64,000 nt of DNA from Dicyema japonicum (GCA_011109175.1 RDEW01000023.1:848154-912153), one strand, 5' to 3'. Positions 14,617-28,479 are shown, numbered from the stretch's first letter. Notes: a model not told the origin generated them from the sequence alone. Program-made: numbers and translations.

Positions 14617-17191
14617 CAAGGATTCTCAACGGCGGCCCCCCAGGATTTTGGTGCGGCCCGTTTAAAATTATAAAAAAAATATTACATATTTTACATAATG
14701 CAGCCGGATTTTAACTGTGCTTTTTTTCTGTTTGTTTCGTACAATAAACTTTTTATGGTTAAAAATTTTTTACATATTTTAACTATTGTTTTTAAATAAA
14801 AATATTTTTTTAAGAAATAGAATTATAAATCATATTTAAAGCTGTTATCCATCCAAAGTGGACCCCGCCGACATTATCGACGTTGCGTTGCCTCTCACGA
14901 TTGCAACAGAGATCAACTGGAGTAGCCACCGGGTCTCACGTGCTTCGTGGCTTTTTAGTGTAGCTAAGCGTCCAAGTTTCTTTAGGAAGCGAAGCGATTT
15001 TCCACTTATTCCTCCAGTTGTCTCGACCACTATCGGATAAAACGCGAATCGGTCGCGTAGCGCTTCGTATTTCTTCTCCTTTGCCCTCATCGTTTTTTCC
15101 GCGGAATACAGTGTGTCTACCGCGCTCCCGACAATGTTGGACGGGCAAAGCGTGTCGAACAAGTAGCGTCCCAGACCAAAGGTTTTCCCTCTTCGAATGG
15201 GAAAATTGTGATTCCGTCGGGACGTTTTCCGTCTCCTCTGTCCAGACCAACAGGTTCTAGTATGGCTGGGTATCCCGCAGACTCCAGGGCTCGCTTGACA
15301 ATTCCGTTGATCGCCTTGTGTCTTGAGAATCGTCCTGCACTCCTTCGACAAGAGAGGGAATGGAGTCCATAACAATCGACGGTTGCGCCACATCGGCATT
15401 TGTGGGTCCGGCAAATCTCCAGTCCAAGTCTGGTGGAGATGCCGATGCTGACAGTATCGTCGTCAAGGTGGGTCCCGACACTGCCAACTGGAGTGCATTG
15501 CCACTCGATTCGCATCTTCCAGTGACTAGACAGGCACGTCTGTGTTGGTTTGATTGGTTCAGAAGCCTCTCATGTTTTTAAATTAAATATTTTTTGTATT
15601 AAATTTTAATTAATATTGCTTGTGATGTCTGGAAAACATGTTAAAAGAAGTAGAAAAATTAAGAAATTCGTGCCTTTAACCCCGAATGAGAGGAACAATT
15701 TTTCGTTTTTGAAGAAAATGGCAAAGCACATTGCCTGATTTGTCATTTTGTTATACGATGTCTTAAGTTATATAATGTCGAGAGGCATTATATGAAACAT
15801 TCTTAAGAATATGATTCATTTCAAGGTGAATCAAGAAAAATCAAATTTCTATCTATGAAATCAAATCGCAAACTACAAACCACTTTGTTTAAACAGCCCA
15901 TGTCATCAAGATCCGCTACAATAGCTTCTTTCAAAATTTGTCATCTACTTGCAAAAAATATGAAGCCGTATTCAGATGGAGAATTTATTAAGCAGCTATC
16001 CTTATATTTACTGAAAAATGTTGTTCTTCAGAAATTAAACTAAATGTTATAAACTTACAGCTAAGCAACGATACAGTTACTCGGAGAATTGAGAGAATAT
16101 CTGACGATATTCAATGCCAGCTACTCACTGAATCCAACTTTTTCGTACACTAATCAATTGCTCTTGACACCACTAAAGATATTAGTGATACAGAACAAAT
16201 GGCTGTGTTTATTCGAGGTGTCATGCCTGACTTTTAAAATTTATGAAGAATTTCTTAAATAAAACTAAATTAAATGAAGAATTTCTCACGCTACGTAACT
16301 TTCATGGTTCTACTAAAGGAGCTGATATATTCCGTGAATTTCGTGATTGCATTGAAAAGGAACATTTGGATCTTTAAAAAATGTTTTCAATTGCCACAGA
16401 TGGATGTCTTTCTATGGTTGGATGGAAAACTGGGTTTCAAAGTCTCGTAGCTGGATGGCGAGTAGATGATGAGTTGAGTCCTGTGATTTGGCATCACTGC
16501 ATACTACATCAAGAAAATTTAGCTGTAAAATCTATGAAAATGGACCATGTAACAGATTGCAAGTAGAGTTACCATTCATTTTCCAATACTTTCAAACCAC
16601 AGGGAAAATGAATATGAAAAATATACCTCTGTTATTAGTGACTCAATCGATGAATTCGAAACACGGTTTAATGCTTTTAAAGAAGCTCTACCTATTATGA
16701 AAATATTTTCGTCACCTATGGAAACAGATGCTGCAACCGCTCCATATGTATATCAGCTGGAGCTAATTGAAATGCAGGCAGATTTACAACTTACCGCGCT
16801 ATTTAAGTCAAGTGAACTATTGGATTTTTGGAGTCGAATTCCACAATGGAAATATCCGAACTTGGTCAATAATGCTCAAAAAAATGCATCAGTCTTCGGA
16901 TCAACGTATGCATGTGAAGCTCTTTTCAGTAAACTTACGCGAATAAAAAGTAAGTATCGAAATCGATTGACTGATGAACAACTAATTCAACTTTTACGTA
17001 CATCGTCTTCGAACTTTACTTCTTGTTTCGATAAAATAGTAGACGCCAAGCAAAATCAAGTCTCACATTGATTCTCTTATTACGTAATAAAGCCTTTTTT
17101 CTTTAATCAAATAAAATATTTTTTGTGCGGCCCGCAAAGATACTCTTAATTATCGATTTGGCCCTTGAGCTAAAAAGGTTGAGATCCCCTG
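14617..17191 (+). mobile_element. hAT DNA transposon (Spin/Buster, GTF2IRD2-like transposase), degenerate
   Basis: Imperfect TIRs CAAGGATTCTCAAC / GTTGAGATCCCCTG. 8-bp TSD GTCTAGAC (14609-14616) / CTCTAGAC (17192-17199), matching the NTCTAGAN target. Motifs KPYSDGEFIK, SIATDG, HCILHQE, FGSTYACEALFS. Confidence 0.9.
14845..15530 (-). mobile_element. CRE-clade 3' (RLE) fragment nested in the hAT element
   Basis: CRCG..VDCYGLHSLSC, RFSRH, LEPVGLDRGDGKRPDG, FYPIVVETTG, ISVAIVRGNA. Confidence 0.85.
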
Positions 17192-17243
17192 CTCTAGACC
17201 CTGCCCTGCCGTTGTAAAAGCGAAACGGGCAAAGTAAGCGGTC

Positions 17244-17591
17244 CTACCTGATTATTTTTTGTCTGCTCCGCTCGCGGTTAAAACGTCGGATTCCTTTGCG
17301 TTTGCGCCCTGAAATTCCTGAATCATATTTGTAGATAAACAGGTAATCTCCGTGAGCGCTGCTGGTTATTTGAGTTATTTCGCTCGCCATCCTGAGATCA
17401 TAAATGTTAGCTTCCCGCCGGACGGGTTTTCCATTGTCCAAACCCGCCTTCAAGCCTTGCTCCTTAATGCGAAGATAGTAATGTCTTCTGGTACAGTCCT
17501 GCTTGAATGCCCTCGGGATGCAAAAGTTTATTAGGAGAATGGTCGACTCGTTCCGGCTCATGACGGAAAGGCTTAAACTCTTTAAGCACAC
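17244..17591 (-). mobile_element. Possible Tc1/mariner transposase remnant
   Basis: LRIKEQGLKA...KPVRREAN only weakly resembles the Tc1 HTH-linker region. Confidence 0.3.
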
Positions 17592-17594
17592 ACT

Positions 17595-18530
17595 GCCTTT
17601 TATTATTATTAACCCAAGAAGACCAATAGTTAATTTAATTACTAAATTAATTAAGTGATCTCGAAGGCCTCAATCAGAATTCTCATTTTCTCCTCGTGCC
17701 CCTACTGGGATCCAACACAACTTCTCTGTGGGCGGGGTGATTTCGGGAATAGGAATTGGAGAAGGGTGATGTATACCCTTCTCATAAGACACGTCGTGGC
17801 TGTGTATTGTTTATAGTTGCACTGCTTGCACAGGGTAGCAAATCCCTTTCCATTTTGTCGAATAAGGTCTTCAAGTGATGAAGGTATTAGTTTTTCTAGT
17901 TTCCCGAGATTACTAATAGTAGCGGCTGTTGAGGCCTGAATGTCCCGGATTCTTTGTTGTTCGTCCAGGACGGATTGATTTCCCATGACGTACAAGCATA
18001 GCTGACAGATGGCTCAATAAATTGTTTGTACAACAATTTCAAACCTGAGAAAGGGGTTTTAATGCCACTGAAAATAGTTTTGATTATCCCTAGCTTTCTT
18101 GAGCAGCTTCCAAATACAGCGTCGACGTGAGATTAAAAGGACATGTGTGTGTCGAAGGTGATCCCCAAGATTTTCAGTTTCTTCGAGAAAAAATATTTTT
18201 GTCTGGTTGATAAATAAGCCACTGTCATTTGTCCAAGTCATTAGTCTGAGGTAAAATAAAAATTAACATTTTTGTTCCCAAGATAATATTCTCATTACTG
18301 AGTTCCCTTTGTTTTCACGAGTCTGAATCTCTCAAATCTCTGGGGGATCATATCAGATAGACGACTGAGGAAATATTCAATATCAGTTTTTGACAGCACT
18401 GGCTAGTCCCACGGAAAGCTCCCGATAAGGTTTGAGGGAATTGGTTTGTGGTCTTCTGCTGATTTAACCATTCCATGATACCAGTTGTCCCTCGCAAGCT
18501 ACTGTGCAATGGCCAACTCAATTTTATGTT
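17595..18530 (-). mobile_element. Vingi-like LINE family B, degenerate 3' portion
   Basis: Homologous to 36045-36440; family B terminus and TAA tail at about 17600. Confidence 0.7.
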
Positions 18531-18539
18531 TCTGTTAAG

Positions 18540-19290
18540 GATTGAGTCTGGACCCTGTGTTTGACGCGGTTGTGTTACGAAGAACTTTACCTTTCAAAAG
18601 GACTGAGATGAAATCCTTTGTAAAAAAGAAAAAACTAAATGAACTTGGAAGGTCCGCTGATACCCATCGTCGTACATATCTGAATGCAGCGTCTGCTGAG
18701 AATTCGGGGTCCTGGTTCAATGCCTTCCCGGTACGGGCAGTTGGTTATCTGCTTTACGGGAATACAATCCGTTTTGTAGTTGTTCTTCGGCTAGGCCTTG
18801 AATTCTGATTGGAACACCAATGCCGATGTGATGGGATGGTCGACAGGAAAGGACTACACCGGTTGTCATGCATACGACAGGATTCCCTTGTTACACCATG
18901 TTAAACGGGACTGTCATGAGAACTATCGAAGACGCCGGGTTTACTTTCCTTTTAGAACTCCTCGGTCTTGACAAAGGTGATGACAAAAGACCGGATGGCG
19001 TAGCACCCATTCCACGGAGCCTAGAGAGTTGTCTTGCTTTGGATTCAAGGTGAAAAGAAACTTTCACTAATGGGAATTTGATTAAACCGAATGTATTAAA
19101 AGGAGGAATTACAACGACATTGTGGACCGGTTCGTTTTCCTGCTGATCTCCGTTAAGACGTCTGGCATTAATTTTATCAGGTTGAAACGGAAGGGGCGAA
19201 TGACGGAATAGTTTTTCCAAAATGTTGGGCTGCGATTATGAGAGGTAACTCCCATTGCGTGCTAATCCCTGCAGGCCATAATCGAGACCT
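18540..19290 (+). mobile_element. CRE-clade C-terminal fragment
   Basis: SGSWFNAFPV...LRLGL and LELLGLDKGDDKRPDG. Confidence 0.8.
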
Positions 19291-19544
19291 GTCATAACAA
19301 CATTACTTTATGTTAATAAAATAAAATTGCTAAAAAAAGTAAAATTGACATTGATGTGCTTAACGTTAACTTTTAGGGAGGTCAATTAACATCAACAAGA
19401 TCCCGCCCGTGAGGTGATGAGCCCTGGCAAGACAAAGTTGTTTAAAAAAATCTTCCTACCTTCTCTCTGACCAACTCCACTACCATTATAAAAACTCTTC
19501 TACCTAAGAATGAATTGGTACGTGATGAAAATAGAAAAGAGTGC

Positions 19545-21800
19545 GTTTCAGAGATATCGAGGGATTCCGGGCTACAACACCATTGTTAAAAATACTGTAA
19601 CGGAGATAGACGGTGAAGACAACCTGGAATGTGTGGATAATATTGCGTAATTAACAGAGCCAAACGGTAAAGACAGCCCCGAAACATATAGTAAGGTTTT
19701 TTGTCTATAATTATACAAAAGGTGATTGCAAATTTGATTTTCCTCGGGTAGACTTGAATTCCCCTTATAAAAGTATGAATAAAAAGATGGGAGTGCATCG
19801 ATCGAAGTATGAATTTAACATTGGAGATAGTGTATTCAATTTATAATTACTTAAAGGTTCGTATTCAGAAGGACTATGGAACTAATCCTTCACTACGTCT
19901 GCAAAGGTTCAATCATCCCTACGGAGATGCTGTCACTATTGTTGCAAAATTGTCTAACAAATTTGTCAATGTTAAAGATAGTGAGGGAATTGTGAAGAAG
20001 GTGCATTCAAAACGCCTTAAAAAATAATTATCAATTATGAGGAATATGAAATAATCAAACGCATCATTAAAGACCAAGTATTTCCAAGTACCAACAGGTA
20101 TAATAAATTTCGTCTTCTACAAAAAGCAAGAAATTTATGATGATCAACGACAAATGTATCTGAAAGATCAGAATGGAAATCACAAGCTTGTCATTTGTAT
20201 GGACAATGACAATGAGATGGATGTTTTGACCTCAGCACTCCATAACCAGGTTCATCTTGGAATGAATAAAATAAAGGATCTCCGCAATAAACACTATTTC
20301 CACATTAAAAGAAGTGTTATCCGTAGAGTAATTAATTCTTGTGAAATCTGTAAGTTTTCTACTCCTATAAAAGTTTGTTTTTTGGTAATATTTTAATAGA
20401 CAAAGAACATCATATCATTGCGTTAAAACCAAATGAAAGGATTCAAATAGATCTTGATGATCTGAAAAGATTTTATTCTGTCAACGGTGAATACAAATGA
20501 ATGCTCACTGTAATTGATGTATATTCAAAGTTGCCATAACAAGAAAATTAAAAAACGAATCTGATTTTGAAGTAAGATGCTTAAAATCATATATTTAATT
20601 TAGGTTTCAATGGAATTAAAAAGCATATTCTATGAATAAGCCGGGTGGCATAGTGGCTAGGTGTCGGGCTTAAGTGGCTTAGGTTACGGGTCCGATTCTC
20701 GCTGCTGTTCACCTGGTGAAAGGTTCCACGCATCTACGATGCAAAAAGGGATTGACGAGTGACGCCGTCATCAGTGGATACTCACTGCGGAACTGGATTG
20801 TCTAGAAAGGACCCACACAAAAAAAAGTGAAGATCATACCTTGGTTCTACGATTAGTTAAAAATTAACTGTTCTTTACTTAAATAAAGAGTTTGTCCTGC
20901 CTATGCGGAGCTATAAATACTATGGCTCTCGTGAAAAGGCTTTATTATTTTTATTCTATGAATATGGGCCTTGAATGATTTTACAATCAGACAATGGTAC
21001 AGAATTTAAAAAATCTGATATTCGGGCACTTACTAATGAATTTAATATTAAACAAGTTCACGGAAGACCAAACCATCCTCGATCTCAAGGTATTCAGTTG
21101 TTTGTATATATTTTAAGGTATCATAGAACGATTCAATCAAACCATCACACGGATTCTGTCGAAAATGATGGCAAAAAACGCTGAAAAATTTTGGATTCAA
21201 ATGTTACCAAGTGCCACTTATATGCATTACATAACTGTTCATTCGTCGAGCGGACGAACACCTTTTGAGATGTATAGAGGCATTCCTGGTTTAATACTGT
21301 TACAGTAAATGATGGTTGACTTAATTTTTAAAATTTTGACATAGATTTGGAAAATGATATTTGCGACGAGACAGTAAATACTGATGTCGTTCTGTATGAT
21401 GGGTCGATAGAAGAAACAAATAATGAATATACAACTCTGCATGTGAAATGGGTTACAAAAAATGATTTTAAAATTAGAAAACTTTAAACTTAAGTTCATA
21501 AAACCAAATTTGAATTCACTTTATTTTAAGAGGATGAACAAAAAGATCATGGTAAATACACGTTTTCTATAGGGGATCAAGTTTTTATTAAATAATTAAA
21601 TGTAGGTTAGAGTTTTAAAAGATTATGGAACTAATCCTTCTCTAAGGTTGAATAAATTTGAGAGTCCATACAGTGAGCATGTAGAAGTCTTAAGTTTATT
21701 ATCAAACAATCGTGTAGAGGTTAGAATGTAAAAAAATATTTTTAGGTTGTTTATCAACTGGTGAAAAAAAATATTCCAAGGTCAAGAAAATATAATTAAT
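19545..21800 (+). mobile_element. Ginger-like integrase/transposase: a 3' remnant followed head-to-tail by a longer degenerate copy, with micro-introns
   Basis: HNQVHLG...CEIC (HHCC), ERIQIDL, LTVIDVYSK, ILQSDNGTEF, SQGIIERFN, C-terminal F(N/S)IGD.V. No RT or gag seen. Introns 19832-19856, 20572-20603, 21090-21117, 21581-21605. Confidence 0.75.
20639..20951 (+). mobile_element. tRNA-derived SINE inserted in the integrase gene
   Basis: A-box TGGCATAGTGG, B-box-like GGGTCCGATTCTC, TTA tail. 13-bp TSD TATTCTATGAATA (20626-20638 / 20952-20964). Removing it restores IFYEYGP. Confidence 0.9.
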
Positions 21801-21854
21801 TTTGATGTAATAATTTTTTTTACAAAATAATTTTTTTTAACAATTAAACAAATG

Positions 21855-22175
21855 TCAGTTGAGGAAGCCTGCTGCGTGGATTTTGAACGAGTTCCCTCGG
21901 AGTATGACTATACCAATCTTTTGTCTTAGCCATAACCCTTCTCGTTGATCCATTTTCTTTCTGGCAAGCAATCCTCCGAGTTCTCGCAAGAACTCAGCCG
22001 TCATTGGACCAACGGCTCCCGATGATTCGGTCGCAACAGGAGTAGGTAGCGATCCCCGAGGCAAGAATATTTCTTGATTTTTAGGTTCTCCGCAGTCGAA
22101 GCAGCTGCTCCAGGTGTCTGAACCGATTTGAAAATATTCGTGCTTGAGAACGTGTCTACACAAGTTGCGTCCCAT
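21855..22175 (-). mobile_element. CRE-clade 3' fragment
   Basis: PVATESSGAVGP...WLRQKIGIVILRGNS. Near-identical piece at 43330-43480. Confidence 0.75.
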
Positions 22176-22699
22176 GTAATAAATTTTCTCTAGATTATCC
22201 TATTTCAGTAATTAATCATGATATTGTTTGACAATATTATGACACATGACATTGATTGACACATGATTTGTTGCGCGTTGTGCATGGTTGCTCACAGTGC
22301 GCGCGACTTTTGCACGCATTCATTCCCGGGACCAAATCCAATGTTTGACTTCCCTCTCCAGTTTATTATTTTCTCCAAAACTAATCTTGGATAGAAACTA
22401 CCAAGGGTAAAACAAAACTAAACCAACTCAGTGATCCTGACGCGTTCCAGCGATTCCAGAATTTGTCTCCAGCAAACCATAGATTTTACGTTATTAAGCT
22501 ATACTCACTTTTTCTCGATGTTTTTTTCATCATAGACAAAATGGACTGCTAGCTGTGTTTTATTGACAGCGCTGAAGATTTTTGTTTATTACTCACAGTG
22601 ACTACTCAATTTCTAGCTGTGAAAGTTTTTTTTCAAAGTTAAGATACAAACATATTTGAGGTCTTCCACGTCAAATCAGCGCCAGTCAAGTTTAACTTT

Positions 22700-23090
22700 G
22701 ATCAGGATGAAAACAAATTCCTGACAAGCGAGGTGTATCTCCAGGATGTCTCAGTCACTCGACTCGAAAACGCAATTTTTCAAGTCTCTCCTCTATATGG
22801 CAGTAATGTGTCAACTTTCCGTTCAAATATTCATATCCAACTTAGAAACCTTGGACTCCCACACGTCTTTATTCTTCCTTAGGAACTTTTTTCTTGCACC
22901 TTTTATTCTACGGATAGCCTCATGTTTCACGGACATAAACTCCTTAAGAGCCATCGTCGAGAAACTGAGGACTGCTGTTAAAGAAACACTAAAACTGGCT
23001 GGATCCAATGCAAACTGATGATTCGCTACGAAGGAATCGGAATACGCTCACCACTAGAACTCGTTTTCCCTGCCTTTCTATCTTCGACTA
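22700..23090 (+). mobile_element. CRE-clade RT thumb fragment
   Basis: LDSHTSLFFLRN matches LDMHTALFLLKN of the 4214-6900 element. Confidence 0.6.
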
Positions 23091-23329
23091 GTTTTTAACT
23101 TAGTTTTTGGATTAAAAAAATTCAAAATCACTTGGGACATAAGATCATCATTGTCATGCACTTGCCCCTGGCAACAGAAAGCTTTGACACGCCCCTGAAT
23201 GGGCAGCCTTAAATTCTATGAAAAGCCAAATTTTTACAAAAATGATCAAAAAATTCAAAATCATTAATGAGAAAAGAAATAATAGATACTACATAAGGGA
23301 AAGGACGATTCGAGCACTAAACTCATCAA

Positions 23330-26054
23330 TTAGTGATACCGTTCAGCCGCATAAACTCCTTTGTGTCTAAAATACCTTATGCACTGTTTGTTAAGTCCCC
23401 TACTCTCAAAAAACGGCAGAAACCAGTCTCTGTCAGCATCTAACCTCAAATTACAAACCAACATCGTTTTGATATCAATATCCCAATAATCTCCAACGAA
23501 GTAAGCTGCACACCCAAATGACAGTCGTTCTAAAGTAAAAACCCCCAAAACCAAAAACGGAACCAGAAGCGACATGAACGAAGAAATCTCGGAATTCTTT
23601 AGCAAATCCCTATTCTGGGGGAATGAGATCACACTCTTAACCAACCCAAGAATCTGAAATCAGCAAAACCCCACCATCGAATAGTAATCCTGATAACTTG
23701 AAATATTTAAGGCACTCGAGCAGAACTTGAGAACTTTTGAGCAAAGCAAATCTTCGTCAATAACCTTTTATGGTAAAAACTAAATGAGACCGTATTAGCA
23801 GCATATTCCAACTTTTCAACCTGCTTTGGAGCGCAGCATAGATTTGTAAGTATCGAAATATGCTGAGGCAAATGCAAAATCGGGTAATTCGTAAAATGCT
23901 CAAAGAAGCTGTTAAAATATCTACCCAACAATTTGTAAACAGCATTTCGATAGTTGGCCGCCAAAACCTAACAAAATAAAAATATTAAAAAAATAAATAT
24001 TAAAAAACAAAAATTACTAAAACAGCTTAATATATTAAAAAGTTGCAAAAATTCAATTAACAACGTAAAAATCAGTAGACAAACTAAAAAAGGCATATTC
24101 AGCATAAAATCAATTAATAAATACAACGTAACAGACAAGTATAAAAACAAAAAATCATAAAATTACAAAAGTAGACCAGTTTAAGTATAAAAAGCCGAAA
24201 ACCAAAAGCTTTAGAAAAATTAAACGCAAAATTAAATAAAATACAATAAAAAGCAGATTCAAATCACAGACGAGATCACCGAAATGGTTATAAAGGTGAT
24301 CAGTGTCAATGCCAATCAAAAAATGTTCCAAGTCCTGAAAGAGACATGATATATTCAAAACACTATCCTGTGGTTGGTAAGGGAGATGTAGTTCAATCAA
24401 ATTGGTTAAAAAAGTGATAACCAACCGATTCAATTTATAATCATTAAATTTAAATATCTATAATTAATTGGCGGGCAAACAAATCGATATTTGGTGAAGT
24501 CAAAAAAGTCGGTTATATACGGCCTCAAGGATTCACTCCATTCTCTCAAAGTCACAATCAGCAGAGAGAAAAATGGCTTACTCAGTGCTTCAAAAACCGA
24601 TAACTCGTGTTGAGTCAGCTTCTCCTGTCCGTAGAAGGCTTGATTATATAACACATTCAAGGCTGAACAGGCCTGCTAAGATGAATCAAGTACCTGCAAG
24701 TTGGACGTGTTTTGCCGACATTCAGAACAGAATGCCATAAATTGTAGAATATGACCCAAGTACATCACAGTCGTTGGTTGGTAGCTGATCCTGAACCAGT
24801 GACCTCGGTATTTCTTAGCTTCCGGCATCTTTAAGTTGTTCACACATGCCAGATTCTGAGTCAGGAACTCAGAGAGTCTGTTGTAGTTCTGGTCAACGTA
24901 CGGAGCAAACTGGCGACACTTCTCGGACAGACTCATCCAGTAGAGAAGACTCTTGATCACGTAGCAGCCAACCACAATCTTCCCGGCTTCCTCCTTCTCG
25001 ACACATGTGCACAGGATGTTAAGGGTCTGATAATAAGCACGGCAAACCTGAGATTCCAATCGCTTTGAAATTTCCGGGAATCCCGCAGTGATGATGTTCA
25101 CCACACTAACTTTAGCATAACTCGAACCAGCAGGCTGAGATAGCCAGAGCTGACTGGTTAGTCGACCCCCAGTCCATTTTTCTAAGGAAGGTCTCATCAA
25201 TCGAGGATGGACTCAGAGCTTCATTCAGAGAGTAGCAGAAATCGGGGTCTTCAAAGCACAACATGCTTAGCAGACTTGTCGCCGTCATCTCAGCCTACAA
25301 TAAGTGGGGTTCTACCAGCTTGGGGCCACGCAGCATCCTCACTAAGACGTCAATTAAGGAATTTTCTCTTATCAGATTCTTAAACTCATCAATTTCCTGA
25401 AGTCACCATCTCAATTACCTCTTCCACCACACAGTCAGCCAGAATCATCACACACGTGGCCTGGGTGATCGAACCGCTTGAATGAATGAGATCCACTAGG
25501 CTCGTAAAGCGATTTCTGTCCTACGAGCAATAAAATAGTTAATTAAGCCAGTTTACCTTAAAAATCATCCCGACTGCCTCAGGGCAGGGGACCATGATCA
25601 TTCGAAAGAGGATGAGCAGTTCGTGGAGGTCATCAACTTGTGTGAGTTTGTCGAAGTCTATAATTAAAACTCAGAGGAGTACCGCTTGTAAAAATAGAGC
25701 AGAACTCGTGTAGTTGCTGAATGAACGTGTCGGTCAAAGGGACCACGTTTCGCATGTGGAGAATCAGGTTGGTCGCTTGCATGAACAATTCAGTTTGGTC
25801 AGAAGTGAGGATTTTTAGAGCGCTAAAATAAGCAACGGTTTACATCTGAAAACCTCCATTTTCGTAAATTCTTATGACTACTTCGTCGTTCGTATAGCAC
25901 AAGAAATTAAGATCACTTGGTAAATAAGAATAAGTACATGAGGGCATCCTCAGTCGGAGGAATATCTGAATTGAAGAATTCCTCGACGATTTTATAAGGC
26001 AAAGTCGATTGAATCTACAATCTAATTGTTAGGCAATACCAATTCCACATCCAT
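23330..26054 (-). CDS. Multi-exon ARM/HEAT-repeat-like protein; weak resemblance to RAP1GDS1/SmgGDS
   Basis: An open reading can be spliced from ATG 26054 through about 24660 using 21-36-nt GT-AG introns. EMTATSLLSMLCFED...FLRKMDWGSTNQSALAISACCVVNI resembles a SmgGDS ARM segment. 3' exons not resolved; could be two genes. Confidence 0.55.
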
Positions 26055-26189
26055 AAGCTGTAATATTAATATTAAATAATTATTTATTACAATTAGATTG
26101 AATTAATATTTATTAAAATTATTATTATTATTTTTCCTTTTTTACATTCTGTGCTTTTTTGGTTGAGTTAGTGAGGGGACTCAATTGCA

Positions 26190-27830
26190 CCGATCACGAG
26201 AATGTGGCCCTGAAAATTCAATCAGCCATCCTGTAAGTTCATGCACAAACACGAGGGAAGAACATCGGGCAAAGATGAGGTCGCTGTTAGAATGCATCGG
26301 GATCACTTGATAATTAGTTTGGTTATACCGTGGTCTTGAGTTGTTAAATAAAAAAATAAATATGAGGCTATCAGGATTTTACTGTTCTATCATTTAATGT
26401 CATAGGCTTGAAGGATATTTCCAAACGAATAATCTTATGTCAGGATCTGAATACCTACAATGCCAGTTGGAAACTTTCAAAAAAGCCAAGTGTGGATATG
26501 TGAGTTACATAATGATTACCGAATCATCTTCCTACCATCAGAATCTCACCACTGTGGACAGGGTTTGCTATTCACAAGAGTCATTGGAATTCAATCTACT
26601 AATGTTATCGTGGCCCGGTGGCGTAGTGTAAAGAGTACAATTTAGGGGGACTAATCCCCCAGTTAAAACAGGTAGGAAATTCAATATGGATAAATCAATT
26701 CGTGTCCGCAAATTGAAACCCCATCCGTCCCCAAGTATTTCCCCAATCAAAATAGACTGGTTGTAAGTACGTTCACTGAAAAGAATGCGAGGAAAGACGG
26801 AATATGGATATATCCTCTAAAGAATCTTGGCCCAAATTGACTGCGGGTCCTTACGAACATCTGCCAGTCGTTATTGAACTCAGGATTTGTGCTATGCTCT
26901 GGAAACAGTCGACAATAAATCGACTCTAAAACCTAACATGGACCCTAGTGATCCAGAATCCTTTCACCCAATTTCCCTATTCTTTGTTGCATCTAAGATC
27001 CTCGAGAAATATATTCTTAACTTGATACAGCCATACCTGAATCTGTCAACTCTCAGTACGACTTCCACCTTAACCCATCTAACCAAGTTAACTGATTTTA
27101 TTGCGTACGCCGTACGCATTCAACAATTACGAACCACAATTCGTACTGTTTTGGTTTCCTTTGGCAGGACCTCCTGCCACAAAATCATTAAATTGAATAT
27201 TCTTCCATTCATACAGAGATGGGTGAAATTATTTCTGTCTGACAGATTGGAAGCACTCTGATGATGTCAAAGATCTCATGCCAGTTACCTATCAAACGGA
27301 GACCCACAAAACTCTGTCCTTTTTCCGGCTTTATTCAACCTCTACCTGTGCAGCATAAATGAGCTAGAAGATACGCTGTTCCTATCCTATGTGAATGATT
27401 TGATCCTCGCGGTTCGTAATAGAAACATCACCTCAGTCCGACTAATACCGCTTCCAATCACACTTGGATTCTCTTGAAACTTGGTTATTAGCTAATATCC
27501 TTTCTTCCTACAAATTCAGCTGCACGGTATTCACTTCCGACCGACGTCAGCTAAACATAACGAAGGAACTGAAAATATTAAAGAAAGTCTGCCCTGTACC
27601 AAAAATACAGCAAAACCTAGGAATAATCTACGACCACGTGGACCACATGGTTCCAAAAGCAAACAAGAAAATGAAAGCTCTCTGAGAGGTGCCGGGATCT
27701 TCTTCGACCAAGACAAGTAAAACCTCAGAATAACCACAAACAATATATCAGGACAATCTTGAACTCCTAGGCCTCATCCTTCGCAGCCTGCCCCATCCAA
27801 AAAAATCAGACTCAAAATGGAACTCTTCCA
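26190..27830 (+). mobile_element. Family B LINE 3' end (26190-26360) followed by a highly degenerate Vingi-like APE-RT copy
   Basis: EEHRAKMRSLLECIGIT*; ESFHPISLFFVASKILEKYILNLIQPYL. Confidence 0.65.
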
Positions 27831-28479
27831 TCAATGATTGATAGTTTGTACTAGGAATCATATTACTAGGGAAAAAATATCATCACAAGTGATTTCCCAT
27901 ACAAAAGAGGTCCTTTTGTAAATGGAGGATAATCATATTGTCAATTGGATTAATTATTATGATTGGACATCGGATTAAAATTCAAGCCACAAGATTTGGT
28001 AGCTCTATAAGACCAGGTTTAAATCTACTTGGTTTTAACTGATTTTGATGAGTATGCATTAATTACGTATTTTTGTTAACAAATTGTGAACAGATAAATT
28101 GGTGGTGAATGAGTTAAAACCCCCACGATACGAAATGCGCTGTTATCATTTTTTAAGGAAACCGGTGGCCTCAACGACGTAACTACCAATGATGGAGGTT
28201 TACATATGAGTCATTTTATCGTGTAGCAAATTGCATACAATTGTAACCAACAGACCCACTACCTCTCTCTGCCCCATTTATTAGTTTGTTTAGTAGCTAC
28301 TACGGGACAATCTCCTTACTTACGTTCCCAGTTCCTTCTATTCAGTCCATATCCATAATTATGGGAACCTATCAAGTCAAGTAAACAACCAGGCACTGTG
28401 CGTATTTTGAGACAGTTGGATTACGTGATGCCTATTGGAATCGGAGAAGTCACTGAAGTTCGATAAAGTAGGTACCGGT

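Noticed and set aside
19584-21842. TGTTAAAAA...TTTTTAACA as Ginger TIRs
   Set aside because: Only 9 low-complexity bases, flanks do not form a TSD, and integrase homology extends left of 19584.
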